DNA of 62,675 bases, the filler included, from Hausera hauseri (taxonomy: Eukaryota): the NCBI GenBank assembly GCA_046269625.1. It is 11 parts of 11 records of this genome, joined end to end, with 100 filler letters (N's around TTAATTAATTAA, not from the genome) between each part and the next. Parts side by side here need not be neighbours in the genome. Positions count along the whole stretch, not along the records: positions 14,814 to 24,926 come from JBJURY010238850.1; positions 25,027 to 29,663 come from JBJURY010494464.1; positions 29,764 to 34,406 come from JBJURY010491798.1; positions 34,507 to 44,392 come from JBJURY010271063.1; 7 more parts are not named here. One strand, given 5' to 3'. Made by a program: the position numbers and the translations under genes. Positions 23,924-35,152 of this stretch are shown here, piece after piece. Each line of letters begins with the position of its first letter. The first letter of the stretch is position 1. Below the pieces are notes generated by a model. The model was not told the origin of the DNA. It saw nothing but the letters and a program-made list of their open reading frames with translations, and did not search any database.

Positions 23924-24135
23924 GCCATCACGTATGCGGAAGTGTATGTGCAGGTAGATATAAGATAAGAATGATTGCAGGGTTCCAACGAGAGGTACCT
24001 TGGAGCCGTGGTGTGAGGTAAAAGTCAGGTGAGCGAAGAAAGTGGAGATGATGTTGTAGATGGCCGCAGTGTGTAAGTGTGTTACTGCGTTTGTGGAAAT
24101 ATGTTTATTATTAAAAAAAAGAAAAGAAAATACAG
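23924..24135 (-). CDS. Ubiquitin-like domain ending LHIHFRIRDG (one base from RIRGG), fused to Gag
   Basis: FLFFNNKHIS...HGSKVPLVGTLQSF...YLHIHFRIRDG|M versus ubiquitin ..AGKQLEDGRTLSDY...TLHLVLRLRGG. GAT at 23927-23929 is one substitution from GGT. Confidence 0.6.
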
Positions 24136-24323
24136 AGAGGTCGTATGGCCAGGGGCGTATCGTGGGACGACAGTGAACGTGAATCTGACCCAATGGCATA
24201 GGGTGGGCGGCCGGGACCTCAGTGTCGCCGCGACCGGTCGCAAATTTTGGGGTAGCCGAGGTCCCCGCATGTAATGTTTCTTCATCGATCACTTTCGTAT
24301 CCGGTAGAACAAGTTTTTTTCTT

Positions 24324-24761
24324 TTAATTTGTGCAGAATTTGTCGTTAGATTTTTTTCGCATTGCTGGAAAATTCTCTTTTTCTCGTTTGCGTTTCAATT
24401 CTACGTCTTTCACACGTTCCCACTTTTTGCCTTGTTTTCGAGTTTCAAACTCTAATTCTCTCACTGTTTTACCAATAGCCGGTTCAATTGCCTTATAAAC
24501 TTTGTTGGATATGTCGCGGAATTCACGTGAGATTGCCTGGTAAAATGGAAATTCATCGTTGTAGTTTATACTGTTTTTTTTCAAAGTACTCAGAAGTGTG
24601 AATAGCTTTTTTGATTTGCATATTAGCATAAATTTATGTGATACATTCAGAATCAAATGGTGAATATTTTCGCTTTTAACTATGGAAAATGTATTCATCG
24701 GAACAATATCACCACATGCTTCGATGACCTGTTCGGGAATCGTTGCATTGCACATAATCAA
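24324..24761 (-). CDS. Hypothetical ORF upstream of gypsy element 2
   Basis: 145-aa ORF with basic C-terminus; no recognised motif. Confidence 0.3.
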   Translation of the reverse strand: MIMCNATIPEQVIEACGDIVPMNTFSIVKSENIHHLILNVSHKFMLICKSKKLFTLLSTLKKNSINYNDEFPFYQAISREFRDISNKVYKAIEPAIGKTVRELEFETRKQGKKWERVKDVELKRKREKENFPAMRKKSNDKFCTN

Positions 24762-25451
24762 CTGACTGCCAATCGGTTACTTATTAACTGGACGGGACGT
24801 CTGTATAGATGTTTTAGCCAAAATGTCGAATACAACACTTTTCAAATTCATCAATTTTATATAACCTAATGATGTGGCTTTTAATACAACAGACGGAGAC
24901 GATACGATAAAATCATATGGAACAAGNNNNNNNNNNNNNNNNNNNNNNNNNNNNNNNNNNNNNNNNNNNNTTAATTAATTAANNNNNNNNNNNNNNNNNN
25001 NNNNNNNNNNNNNNNNNNNNNNNNNNAGAAGTTTGGAGTAGGGTTAGTGGAGGTTGCCGTATTGGACTCACAAAAGACGGCACAAGAAGTGACGACAGAG
25101 AAGTGGACACAGTTGGCCTTGGAAGTTTTCGCAGCACACTCATCGATCAAAAGGATGATTCAAAAGTATGGTGATATTTTTATGGCTTCAGTTTTTGAAA
25201 CATTTTGAACATTTTGAATCCTTTGCTGGAAAATCTAAATTTACGTAATGAGAGTGCATGTTACATCACTGTGCACTTCTTCAATTTTTTCCTCTGAATA
25301 TGCAGAAGAATTTTGAAATTTCATCAAATTCTCATTTCTTTTTTCAACTAATATTCTGCTAAACTTTTGGATTTCCAGTGTGTCCTTTACGTTATACCAA
25401 GATAAAGTCATCAGTATCGTCGTTAATAAATGTTCGCCTATGTATGCATTT

Positions 25452-26162
25452 ATTATGTATATGCATTTGAAACCACTATTTTTTTATCTAAAAACACGTT
25501 AATTTTGAAGAAAAAGACATAAAATTTTTATGGAATGTAATTGCCATCATTTGCTACAACATTCTCCGAATTTCTTGGTAATCCAAGCAATCCAATCATC
25601 AAGCCATTTCTTGACGTCTTCGTAATTGGTAAAGTGCTGTTCAGTCAAGCCATGCGACATCGATCAGAACAAGTTGTAATTTGATGGGGGTAAAATTTCC
25701 CATCCGATGGTTTTCAATGCTGTTTTGACCACATTTTACCACATTATTTTAGCATTATCATGCAGAAGAATAATTCTATCGTGTTTGTTAGCATATTCCG
25801 GTCGTTTTTCTTGTAATGCGTTTCTTAAACGGAACAATGCGAGGTGTTGGAGTGATCCATCAATTGTTTTATTCGGTTCAAACAGCTCATAGTACTCACA
25901 CCCTTCTGATCCCATCAAATATACAGCAAAACCTTTTTTCATGATTATTTCTTTTTGGAATCGATTTTGTGATGCATGTGGATCAGCATATTGTGCTATG
26001 CGTACATGATTGTCAAAAATATATCCATTTTCATTGTCACTAACTTTTCTATGCTAGAACGACTTTCTTTCGAATCGATTAAACAGCATTTCACATGTCA
26101 CTAGACACCTTTCGATGTCTCGTTCTTACAATTCATGCGGAATCCATTTTCCTTCCTTTCAA
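25452..26162 (-). mobile_element. Degraded Mos1-like mariner
   Basis: GKWIPHEL, YYELFEPNKTIDG, LQEKRPEYANKHDRIILLHDNA, M.HGL.EQHF.NYEDVKKWLD.WI. TIR-like end near 25452-25485. Confidence 0.9.
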
Positions 26163-26164
26163 AT

Positions 26165-28500
26165 CAGTGATGTAGCGTGGGGGCGAAAGGTGCTGACCGC
26201 CGCGAACAGCACTTTAGTGGGGCGGCAAAACAATGAAATGAGCAAAATTTGCGATGCTACATTATTCATTCAGAGCCGGACACAAATAAAATTTATTTTA
26301 AATTTTAAGCTTGGCACAATCTGTGTTGTTGTGGTCAACATAACGTTATTTGTTTAATTAAACCCAAAAATAGCAAACAGCATTGATAAAAAACAAAGAC
26401 TATGTGGATCTGCGTACAGAAAGTTGCGTGTGAAACGAGATGAAGATAATAAACGTTTTTCTCAGAGTATGACGACCTCCATTGGGTGGGATCGAAGAGA
26501 AGTGAATTATTCTAAACAGAAGATGGAAATCATCAATCGGTAATACAGTATATTTCCTGTTATTGGATCTATGCAAAATTGATGATCAGGTGGATGAACT
26601 GGCAGTTCTGTATAACGAAATTGATTCTCAAGACATGAAACTCGAGAAACAACGACTGCAATGTCTGTTATCTTCATCAATAAAATGCAACGAGAAGCTA
26701 GTCCTGTATCGAACTCCACAGTGCTGTTATTATGTTAATTTGATGGAAAGGAGGACAGTTTGCACCTTTAGCACTGCCTTCCATTTAGTCATGTAAAAAG
26801 GTCCGTGGCGGTTTCTTACTTATACTCTCTCACTGTTGTATTCTGTCGTAAAGTTTAATACCCCTCTTTTTGTCGGATTCTAACTGCAATTCATACAAGA
26901 GGTTTCTCCCTCGTGATGTAGTTTGGACTTTCAGCTGTGCGTTAGCGAGGCAAATATCCCGTTCCGTAAGACGAGCACACTTCAACCTTTTCTTCGCTCT
27001 CCTAGTATTCGGACGTCTCCTCTATCCCTTTCAATTGTTTCCCAATTCCTCTCTTCCACCATCCGGGTTTTCCGCAATGTTGCATAACTGTATGGTCTGA
27101 CCGTTTAAACATCCAACCGATATCAGACACTTTTTAACCTTAACGTCGGTCGATGTACGCAATTCGGCCGGACACATCCTCATTTCACCTTTATTCTATA
27201 TGGAGGTGTTTAATCGGGCCCAAGCTTTACTAGTCTTCCCCCTTAAATTGACTTTCGTATGTAAGTTACATAACCGTTGTCGGTTCGCATTCATAACCAC
27301 TATAATTCTACTAAATTTACCCCCGAATTGCCACAGTTGGCCCACCATGTTTTCTTCTCCTGTATTTTCTCGTTTAAGTTGAGCTCTAAACCTCACTTTT
27401 CTCTCTTCCTCCTATTCCAATATATTATAACAGAGGTCCAGTTTGCCGAACAGGTTCTCACAACCCGGTGCTTTACTTTTCAACTGAATTACGAAATCGG
27501 ACAAATCCGAATATGAACTCGTTTCTCCTCCACCGATTTCTTCTCCTCACTCTCTTGTTGTTTATTGTCTCATGGCGCTTGGAAATATTGATCACATAAA
27601 ATACCTTTCTCGCCAATCAGATAGTCCACTCGCTCATGTAGGATGTCTCTACCGTCGGTCGGTTTCTGAAGCTGTTTCATACCTTTTATATATTGGACAC
27701 ATTCCTTATTAGTTGTCGTCGTTAAGCTAACGCCTTGGTTCTCTTCTAATGTAGCCATCAAACACCTATTCTCAGTTTTTCAATCGTCAATCTCCTTTCG
27801 ACAAAACGGCATATAGTTGTTAGTTGTCACCTTCAGCTTTCCAACCCCATGCAGATATAACCTCGATTCTGTTATCACTCGGTGTACCTCATCCAACCAC
27901 TCTTTATTCACCCTTCCTCAACATCGCCGAATCGTGCATATTTAAGCACACTGTCGATAATTTTCATATTCTTATTTTCCGGTTTATAATCTTTCAACGC
28001 TTCTACCATTCCGGATTGCACCCTATTATAATCGAAATCAATGACAAACACCGTCCATGAACACTCGACGAGTTGTTTCCGTAACTTGTAGGCGTACTCT
28101 TTTACCACAACGACCTCGTTTTGAACTTGTACTTTGAAATCTTCTATACTAGCCGAACATTTGCGATTGCAGCCTTTATCTGTATCTTTTCCTTCGAGCG
28201 CTAGTGACTTACGCATGTGTTGTAACGAAATTGTCATCACAAAACAAGGTTGGTAATCCCAACAGCTGTCATTGATGCAGATGATTGTTAAATGAATATT
28301 TACAGAAATTCTACAAACTTTAACAGTAATACTTTGAATTTATTTGACAAATTGCGTCTCACTTTTGATATTTGAACTCAGCTGAAACTGATCAAAGGCT
28401 ACCTAGGTTCACATATGAGCCAACTTCGACTTTCTAATCTTGCGCTAATTTCAGTCGAACGGGAACTGATAGAGAAACTTAACTTTACTGTAATCTACTG
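26165..28500 (+). mobile_element. hAT-type element remnant (5' end and C-terminal dimerisation domain) with an internal insertion
   Basis: CAGTGATGTAGC terminus-like start at about 26165. LKLIKGYLGSHMSQLRLSNLALISVEREL at about 28380-28480 matches the hAT dimerisation motif. Linking the two pieces into one element is inference. Confidence 0.55.
26800..28250 (-). pseudogene. Highly decayed retroelement gag/ORF1-like sequence
   Basis: Purine-rich coding-like minus strand, fragmentary ORFs and a possible QHCGKPG knuckle remnant near 27070. Confidence 0.35.
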
Positions 28501-28842
28501 TCATCAATTTGTGAACCTTAATTACTTTCAAAACTCTATTAGAAAGTTATAAAAATATGGTTTTTCATCACATCCTAATTTTTTCAGAACACTAATTATT
28601 GTTAGATAACTTTCTATTATTTCAATCTTTTATTTAATTTGGATAACGTAATTTAGATATCGAACAAAGCGAAACTAACGGCATATAATGAAGTTTGTTA
28701 TAAATAGTAAATAATCGCCATAGTGCTTTTTGTTCAGGTACGAACTTTATCGAAAATAAATCACGAAAATATTGTTGCTTATCATAACTCATTTGAGGGT
28801 ATAAATGAATTAACAAACTTATTTATTATTGTTATCATTGAG

Positions 28843-29024
28843 GGAGTGATGGAATTGTTATTTTAATGGAATTTTGCGATAGTGGTGATCTTGATGGTTT
28901 ACTGAAAGCCAGACACGGAAAGATTTTAAAGGAGAAACAAATTTTGCTTTACTTTATTCAATTGTGTTTTGCAATAAAATATTTGCACGACTATCGAATA
29001 CTTCATCGAGATATAAAACCGAAG
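28843..29024 (+). CDS. Internal exon of a NIMA-related (NEK) Ser/Thr kinase
   Basis: IVILMEFCDSGDL...KILKEKQILLYFIQLCFAIKYLHDYRILHRDIKPK, flanked by AG (28841-42) and GT (29025-26). Confidence 0.85.
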
Positions 29025-31499
29025 GTTGGTTTCAAATATTTTTCGTATATTTTTAAACTCTAATGCGTTTTCAATGCTTTTGCAAGCATATTTTCTTTAT
29101 GGAATCTTATTTAGACTATGATAGTTTTGGAAGTCATTAGGCTCCACTGGTAAAGCATTATTAAATCTGTTTATTTATTGTGATTGCTGTTAATTTATTG
29201 TCCATGTTTGACATGTTTAAAATAATATATGCATTATTTTTCATGAAAGCACCCTATCCTTTGATGCTACTGAAAGGGGTTTCCTTGTTGTCTCTCTTTG
29301 CTTTTACTATTGTCTTTAATATTTAAGTAGTTTCCGTTTTGAGGAAGGCCAAATTGGAAAGCACATTTCAGAAAGTGAGTTAGCACTCATGAATTTTACC
29401 CTGTGATAGCTCTCCAGCATTTTTGACTAATAGAACCAATGCCCTGACAGTGTTGTAGCAACATAGCAGCAATGTGCCAACTTGTTTTATGTCTTCCTCT
29501 TAGAGAGATGCATAAAGAAACTAAGATGAGGTTTCACTATATTAGTTGTTAATGGTCTCCAAACAATATTATTGTTTATCGCGATAATTTCTGATACAAT
29601 TAATCGCCCAGCAAAATTTATTATGGTGACAGCCCTATGCAGACACTTCTCATCACTTGTTTCNNNNNNNNNNNNNNNNNNNNNNNNNNNNNNNNNNNNN
29701 NNNNNNNTTAATTAATTAANNNNNNNNNNNNNNNNNNNNNNNNNNNNNNNNNNNNNNNNNNNNATAATTTTTGAAACTCGTGGATTTATATTTCGAAATG
29801 TATGAACATTGAAGTGTATAACATAATTTTTAATACTTTATTAATTGAAAATGATTAAATGTTGCAAAATTAAAGAAGAGACAATAAATATTATCATAAA
29901 TATGAACAAAACGATGAGAATACTTTTAATTATCACAATATCGTATTTTAGCGAATACAAACGACGGGCTATACTATGTTTACATATCGAAAAGCCTTTT
30001 GAGCTATAAACGAATAAAGAAAAAATCAAATATACAGTGAAATGTTTTTCGAAGTGAAAACAGTTGCATAGTACACAGTTTAAATTCGCTGAAATACAGT
30101 ATTAATTTTCAAAAGAAAAATCTAAAACTCTTTTAGTCAAAAAACATCAGTAGAAAAATATTCTAACCTCCAACAGAAGGCGTTGTATAAGCTTCACTAG
30201 ATGATGAGTCATTCTTTACATCCTTGTCAGTTTTATGATCAGATAGTTCTTTCAATTCATTTGGATTAACTATATTTTCCCAAGCTTCATTTTTTTTACT
30301 TTTTTTTAATTCGGACACACTGTCAGAATCGTCAAAAACGGACATATGGGTCAATGAATGTTCAGTGTATGAATGTGATTTAATCTGCCGATCAACTTCG
30401 TTTTTCTGTCATTTCAAACATGTTATAGAATTTCTATTCTACATTTCAAAATAACCTGTGGTCCCTTATCGAGATTATGGATTCCAAGCAACAAAGAATA
30501 ATCCATAATGCTGAAAGATTCCAATACCTAAATTATCACTTAAATTTAATAGGTCTTAGGCACATGTAACATGCTCGGCAATCCCTGCTTATTGTGTTTA
30601 ACAATGCTTCGTAGGTATCTACTTCGAGGAAGAGACCTTCTTTGTGTGTTTCCCTAAACGGAGATTAAACATAATTAAGTCAAAGCTTACATACACTGCG
30701 TTTGATATTAATAAACGCCCCCTCCATTTTTACGAATTAGTAAATATCATACTTTTTGGAGTTAAACCATTGTTGTCATTGGATGGGGCGTAGTTTTCAT
30801 GTAAAATTATAGAATATTCATAATTCAAACTGAAAATTTTATGCCAACAAATGAAAGTTAAAAGGCCGAATGGAAGTATACTAAGCCGAAGGAAATTCGT
30901 TCCAAGCAATTGCTGAAGAGTTCGGACGCTCAGACAGAGTTTGTTGAAATCATAAAAGCCATCAATTCATGGGGTTCACCGACATAATCGCCGCTGACAA
31001 AAACCCCTACAAAATCATCTACTACATATCCACAACTGGCAAAAACTCCAAGTACATGACCGGTACTGATGGGAAATAAGATATCTTTATTTTTCAATTT
31101 TAAAATAATATCTATTGTTTTTATAAGATTTCTCTTTGCTGAAAAGATCTTATAAAACTGAAATCTGAGGGTAAAGATATATATCAAATTAATTGTATGT
31201 GATACTGAATGCTTTATTAGGAAATAAAAACTTGATTAATTGACTACAACCTTTCTGCAAGTTGTGTCTAAATGTTTTACTTATAAGAAGAACACAAATA
31301 CAATAACAAATATAATTAAATACCAAATTTACAATAAACAACTCAAGCTAGAAATAAAACAACAACAAAAATGTACTAAGACTTACTCAGGGATATCCAA
31401 CAAATAAATTTCTATTTAGAAATTTCAAAAATAAAACATATCAACCAAATTGAGTCGAAGAACAAATTTTTGTCTTATCAGAAAAAGTGTGTCGAATTG

Positions 31500-31665
31500 T
31501 GAAATAGATTGGGTATTTATACAATTTGAACTGTCAATCAATGATTTTAAATTTGACGCGTGCGCAATTTTCAAATCCTACATAAATTTGAATTTTGCAC
31601 CAGCGCAATTTTCAAATCCAATGCAAAAATTAAATCTCGCGGCAGCGCAAATTTTAATTCCACAA
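31500..31665 (-). promoter_or_regulatory. Putative promoter: three GCGCAA(A)TTTT(C)AA.TCC repeats (~41-bp spacing) upstream of TATAAATA
   Basis: Repeats at about 31562, 31603 and 31645. TATTTATA at about 31514-31521 reads as a TATA box on the minus strand. Confidence 0.45.
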
Positions 31666-31890
31666 AAGTACAACATGACTCACCAGTCTACAAGAGTCAT
31701 ATCAGACAATTAACCATATTCAGAACATTCCCCGACCCTTAAGGTGTCATCCACAAACAAAGAAAAAAATGAAAGAATTACTAATATTTACATAACTAAA
31801 ATGGACAAAATAGCTAAAGATGAAAGATGACAAAATAAGAATATAAGAAACATGCAAGAAATGAAGGAATATATACAATAGTCACAAAAA

Positions 31891-33987
31891 TCACGAGTCC
31901 AAATCAACAACGTTTTGAATGTCTTTTTCGATCATATAAGTTAGTGTTTGATCAGGATCCGGAGTTTTTCCTTTGGGAATTCGTTCGATTGGTATCAATA
32001 CTGGCCTGCTTGATCTGAGTAGTAACACGTATATCAATTTTCTTCCTTTGTATTCATTTTTCAACGTGGTGATTATTGAATTCTGACATAACTGGGTCTG
32101 TATTTTTGAATTGAATTCGGCATTCATTTTTATGGGTAATCTGTACAATCGATCGATATCATCAAAAAGAATAAGGATTTTTAAATCAACTGATTTTTCG
32201 AAGATGAATCCGATAACTTCATGAGTGAGATTATCCCATGATTGCAGAGTTATTTGGGGGATTGCTTGATCAATATACACTGGAATTTCAATCTGATCTA
32301 TTACAACAGGAAAGGTGAAATACTTCGTGTAAATGAATAATCCACATGGAAATGTGAATGTTTCTGATTGAATCAATCCTTTGAGTAGTTTTTCTGCGAA
32401 TTTATCGAAGTCAGTTCTATCTGTTTGTATCGCAATAGATTTGGTTCGTATAAATTCTTGAGTCCATTTATTGGGAAAATCATCTTCTTCTATATTCTCT
32501 TCTTCTGTCAGTATAACATCTTCTATTAGGAGGTTCTCTTCTTCGTGAGCAATACCATCGGATATTTCAGATAATGATGGTGTTCGTAATTCATCTATTT
32601 CTTCAACTTTTTGTTCATTGTTGGTTATCCTTTCACCAGTGGAGTGGTATATCCACGCAAAGTCAGCTAAATATTTCTCCCTATTATAAAATAATTCTCC
32701 TGGGTCTATCACATTATTATTTAAATCCGGTGGAGTCCATAGTACCTTGAAAGGATTTTGCACTGTTTGGAGTACGTCCAAAGTTAAAGACATTTTGCCT
32801 TGATTATCTTGCGCGTAATTTAATCCATTTTTGGTTTTGGGCAACTTGAGAAGAGTGCTTATATTTGTCAATGTAACTTGATGAAATGTCCGTCCGGTGA
32901 TTTCTTCGTGCTTTAACAAATCAATAACTCCAGCCAAGTAATTAAACGGTATTTCAAACATTTCCAACATTTTGTGTGTTTCTAACCCGATTACCACCGT
33001 ACCCAGCATCCAATGAATCATTTCCTTAACTACGTCGTAAAAATCTTGTCCGTGATAGGCGATATATTCTGGAACTAAACCGTGACGAACTGAGTTAGTA
33101 TTGTGCAGCTTCTTCCGATTTGCAACAATGGCTTCATATAATATTTTTCCTCCTTTACTTGCAATCATCACATGGATGGGTAAGGGACAATTGTCCTTCA
33201 TGTATCCTATGGAGACTGTTAAAACTCGAATTGTATTAGTTTGGTTGGTGTTGAGAAAGTTTGATCCTGCCTGTATCACTATGTCTGGGGGATTTGTGGC
33301 CAAAATCATTGGTCTCGGAAGGAAAAGATGTTTTTCCGGTAATAACCATTCCAGCATAATTACCAATGGTAAGAATATAGGTCTAGCTTGTAATAGGTCT
33401 ATACTCATTGGACTGTTTAGAAACATAGATTCTTCTTCGTAAATAGAACTAATTGTATCGTTGGTAAACTGGGGTTCATTCTTGGTTTTCAAACAAGTAG
33501 CTCCTCTGGCTATACATACAATCAATCCTTCGACTGCGTCACTTCTTGGCATGAATTGATTCAAGGAGAACTGGTGTAATTCTAAAATTGTATTGATGCT
33601 GAGCTTCCTGCTTACTGTTGTCACATGTTTGAGCTGCTTAGGAATTCGAACTACGTACAATATTTCAAGACTTATTTTGAGAAGTACTTGTCTCCGGATA
33701 TTGTTATAAAATGTTTTTGAGAGTGTCTTAGAGTGACTACTCTTTTTAATTCTATGATTGCTAATTAACGTTTCATTATCCAATTGATCGGCATGATACT
33801 GCGTGTGTAATTTCGAATATACCACTCTGGCCTGTATTTGACTTTTTGGTCTGTCCATCTTCTCGTTTACTCTTCGCATCATTGGTTTTAGTTTGTTATC
33901 ACTTTTTCGAAGAGTTGAAAGTAAGATAATCTCGTTTAAATACTTACCTTTACTGTTTTGTGTGCATACAAATGAAGATATAACCAA
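31891..33987 (-). CDS. 698-aa intronless orphan with a central, apparently inactive REX4/ISG20-like DEDDh exonuclease domain
   Basis: Open 2.1-kb frame. IRVLTVSIG...VMIASKGGKILYEAIV......TNSVRHGL.PE...GQDFYDVVKEM..W..GTVVIG parallels REX4 (ALDCEMVG..VSIVN..G.VLYD.YV...T.VSGI.PE....F..V..EV...L.G.ILVGH) but lacks the ExoI D/E. Confidence 0.6.
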   Translation of the reverse strand: MVISSFVCTQNSKGKYLNEIILLSTLRKSDNKLKPMMRRVNEKMDRPKSQIQARVVYSKLHTQYHADQLDNETLISNHRIKKSSHSKTLSKTFYNNIRRQVLLKISLEILYVVRIPKQLKHVTTVSRKLSINTILELHQFSLNQFMPRSDAVEGLIVCIARGATCLKTKNEPQFTNDTISSIYEEESMFLNSPMSIDLLQARPIFLPLVIMLEWLLPEKHLFLPRPMILATNPPDIVIQAGSNFLNTNQTNTIRVLTVSIGYMKDNCPLPIHVMIASKGGKILYEAIVANRKKLHNTNSVRHGLVPEYIAYHGQDFYDVVKEMIHWMLGTVVIGLETHKMLEMFEIPFNYLAGVIDLLKHEEITGRTFHQVTLTNISTLLKLPKTKNGLNYAQDNQGKMSLTLDVLQTVQNPFKVLWTPPDLNNNVIDPGELFYNREKYLADFAWIYHSTGERITNNEQKVEEIDELRTPSLSEISDGIAHEEENLLIEDVILTEEENIEEDDFPNKWTQEFIRTKSIAIQTDRTDFDKFAEKLLKGLIQSETFTFPCGLFIYTKYFTFPVVIDQIEIPVYIDQAIPQITLQSWDNLTHEVIGFIFEKSVDLKILILFDDIDRLYRLPIKMNAEFNSKIQTQLCQNSIITTLKNEYKGRKLIYVLLLRSSRPVLIPIERIPKGKTPDPDQTLTYMIEKDIQNVVDLDS

Positions 33988-35152
33988 TGAACATGTTAGA
34001 AGTGTAACTATTTATGGAGGCGCGTGTAGTGTGTGCGATGATTGCTCGTGTAGATGACCGATTTGCAATCGCCATCTTGAAATTAGTGGGCAGTGACACG
34101 TGTTAGTGTCAGTATGACTGTCTGACTATTTTTGGAATAATTAAAGTGCCTATAGCCAACACAAACAACAAAGCTATACTTAATACAATAATCAACAAAG
34201 AGCATATTGTAATACTTAGTTCCACATTATCAATTTTTGGCTTCGTAATCACAGATTCGTTTCTAATATCCTTTTTATCATAACTAAATTTGACTACATC
34301 ATTTATTTTTTGCAATGTTTTAACGTAGCTTTCTGAGTAGTGAGTACAGTTCTTTACTACTACTAAATATTCAGTATCTGAACTTAATCCTATGCAGTAA
34401 ACGTATNNNNNNNNNNNNNNNNNNNNNNNNNNNNNNNNNNNNNNNNNNNNTTAATTAATTAANNNNNNNNNNNNNNNNNNNNNNNNNNNNNNNNNNNNNN
34501 NNNNNNGATTTGGTGGGGGGTGTTCTCATAGTCTGATGAATAGCTGTTTGTGCAAACTTGTGAGGGAAGGGCTAACATGGGTTGGCCTTTTTACCTCGGC
34601 GTCCCAATCAGCTGGTAATTGACACCATATGTCAAACAGACAAACCTCTCCATAACACACACCTCTCACTTCAATACTTAACTGCAGGACGCAGCAGTTA
34701 GACCTGCAGCCATTTGTTAAATCCTGTCTGCATTATGAAACTTTTTGGATAAAATTAAAAATATTCATAAAGATGAATATTTTCATTAAAGTTCATGCAG
34801 CGGCTTAAAATGTATGTTTCATAACATAAATAAAATACTTAATTCACTGGAATCAGCAATGACAAAATCGATGAAATTAGAGACAAATAAGGAATATGAT
34901 AAAGTTGGTAACACCGGATACTCAACATAGCGCACTGTCCACGCATGCACGCAGAACTGACACATAACGAATGGGGTTCGGTAAGAGGCATTTACATCAT
35001 ACACATGATTCGGTCAGTCAGAAACGATTAATTATTGATTTTTATTCGTATCAGTTTAATCTAATTTATTAATAATCAATATCGATCTACTTTCGGCAAT
35101 AGAAGGGAATTAATCAATTATTTTTGTATACATCGGTGATCAATTTCAAAGT

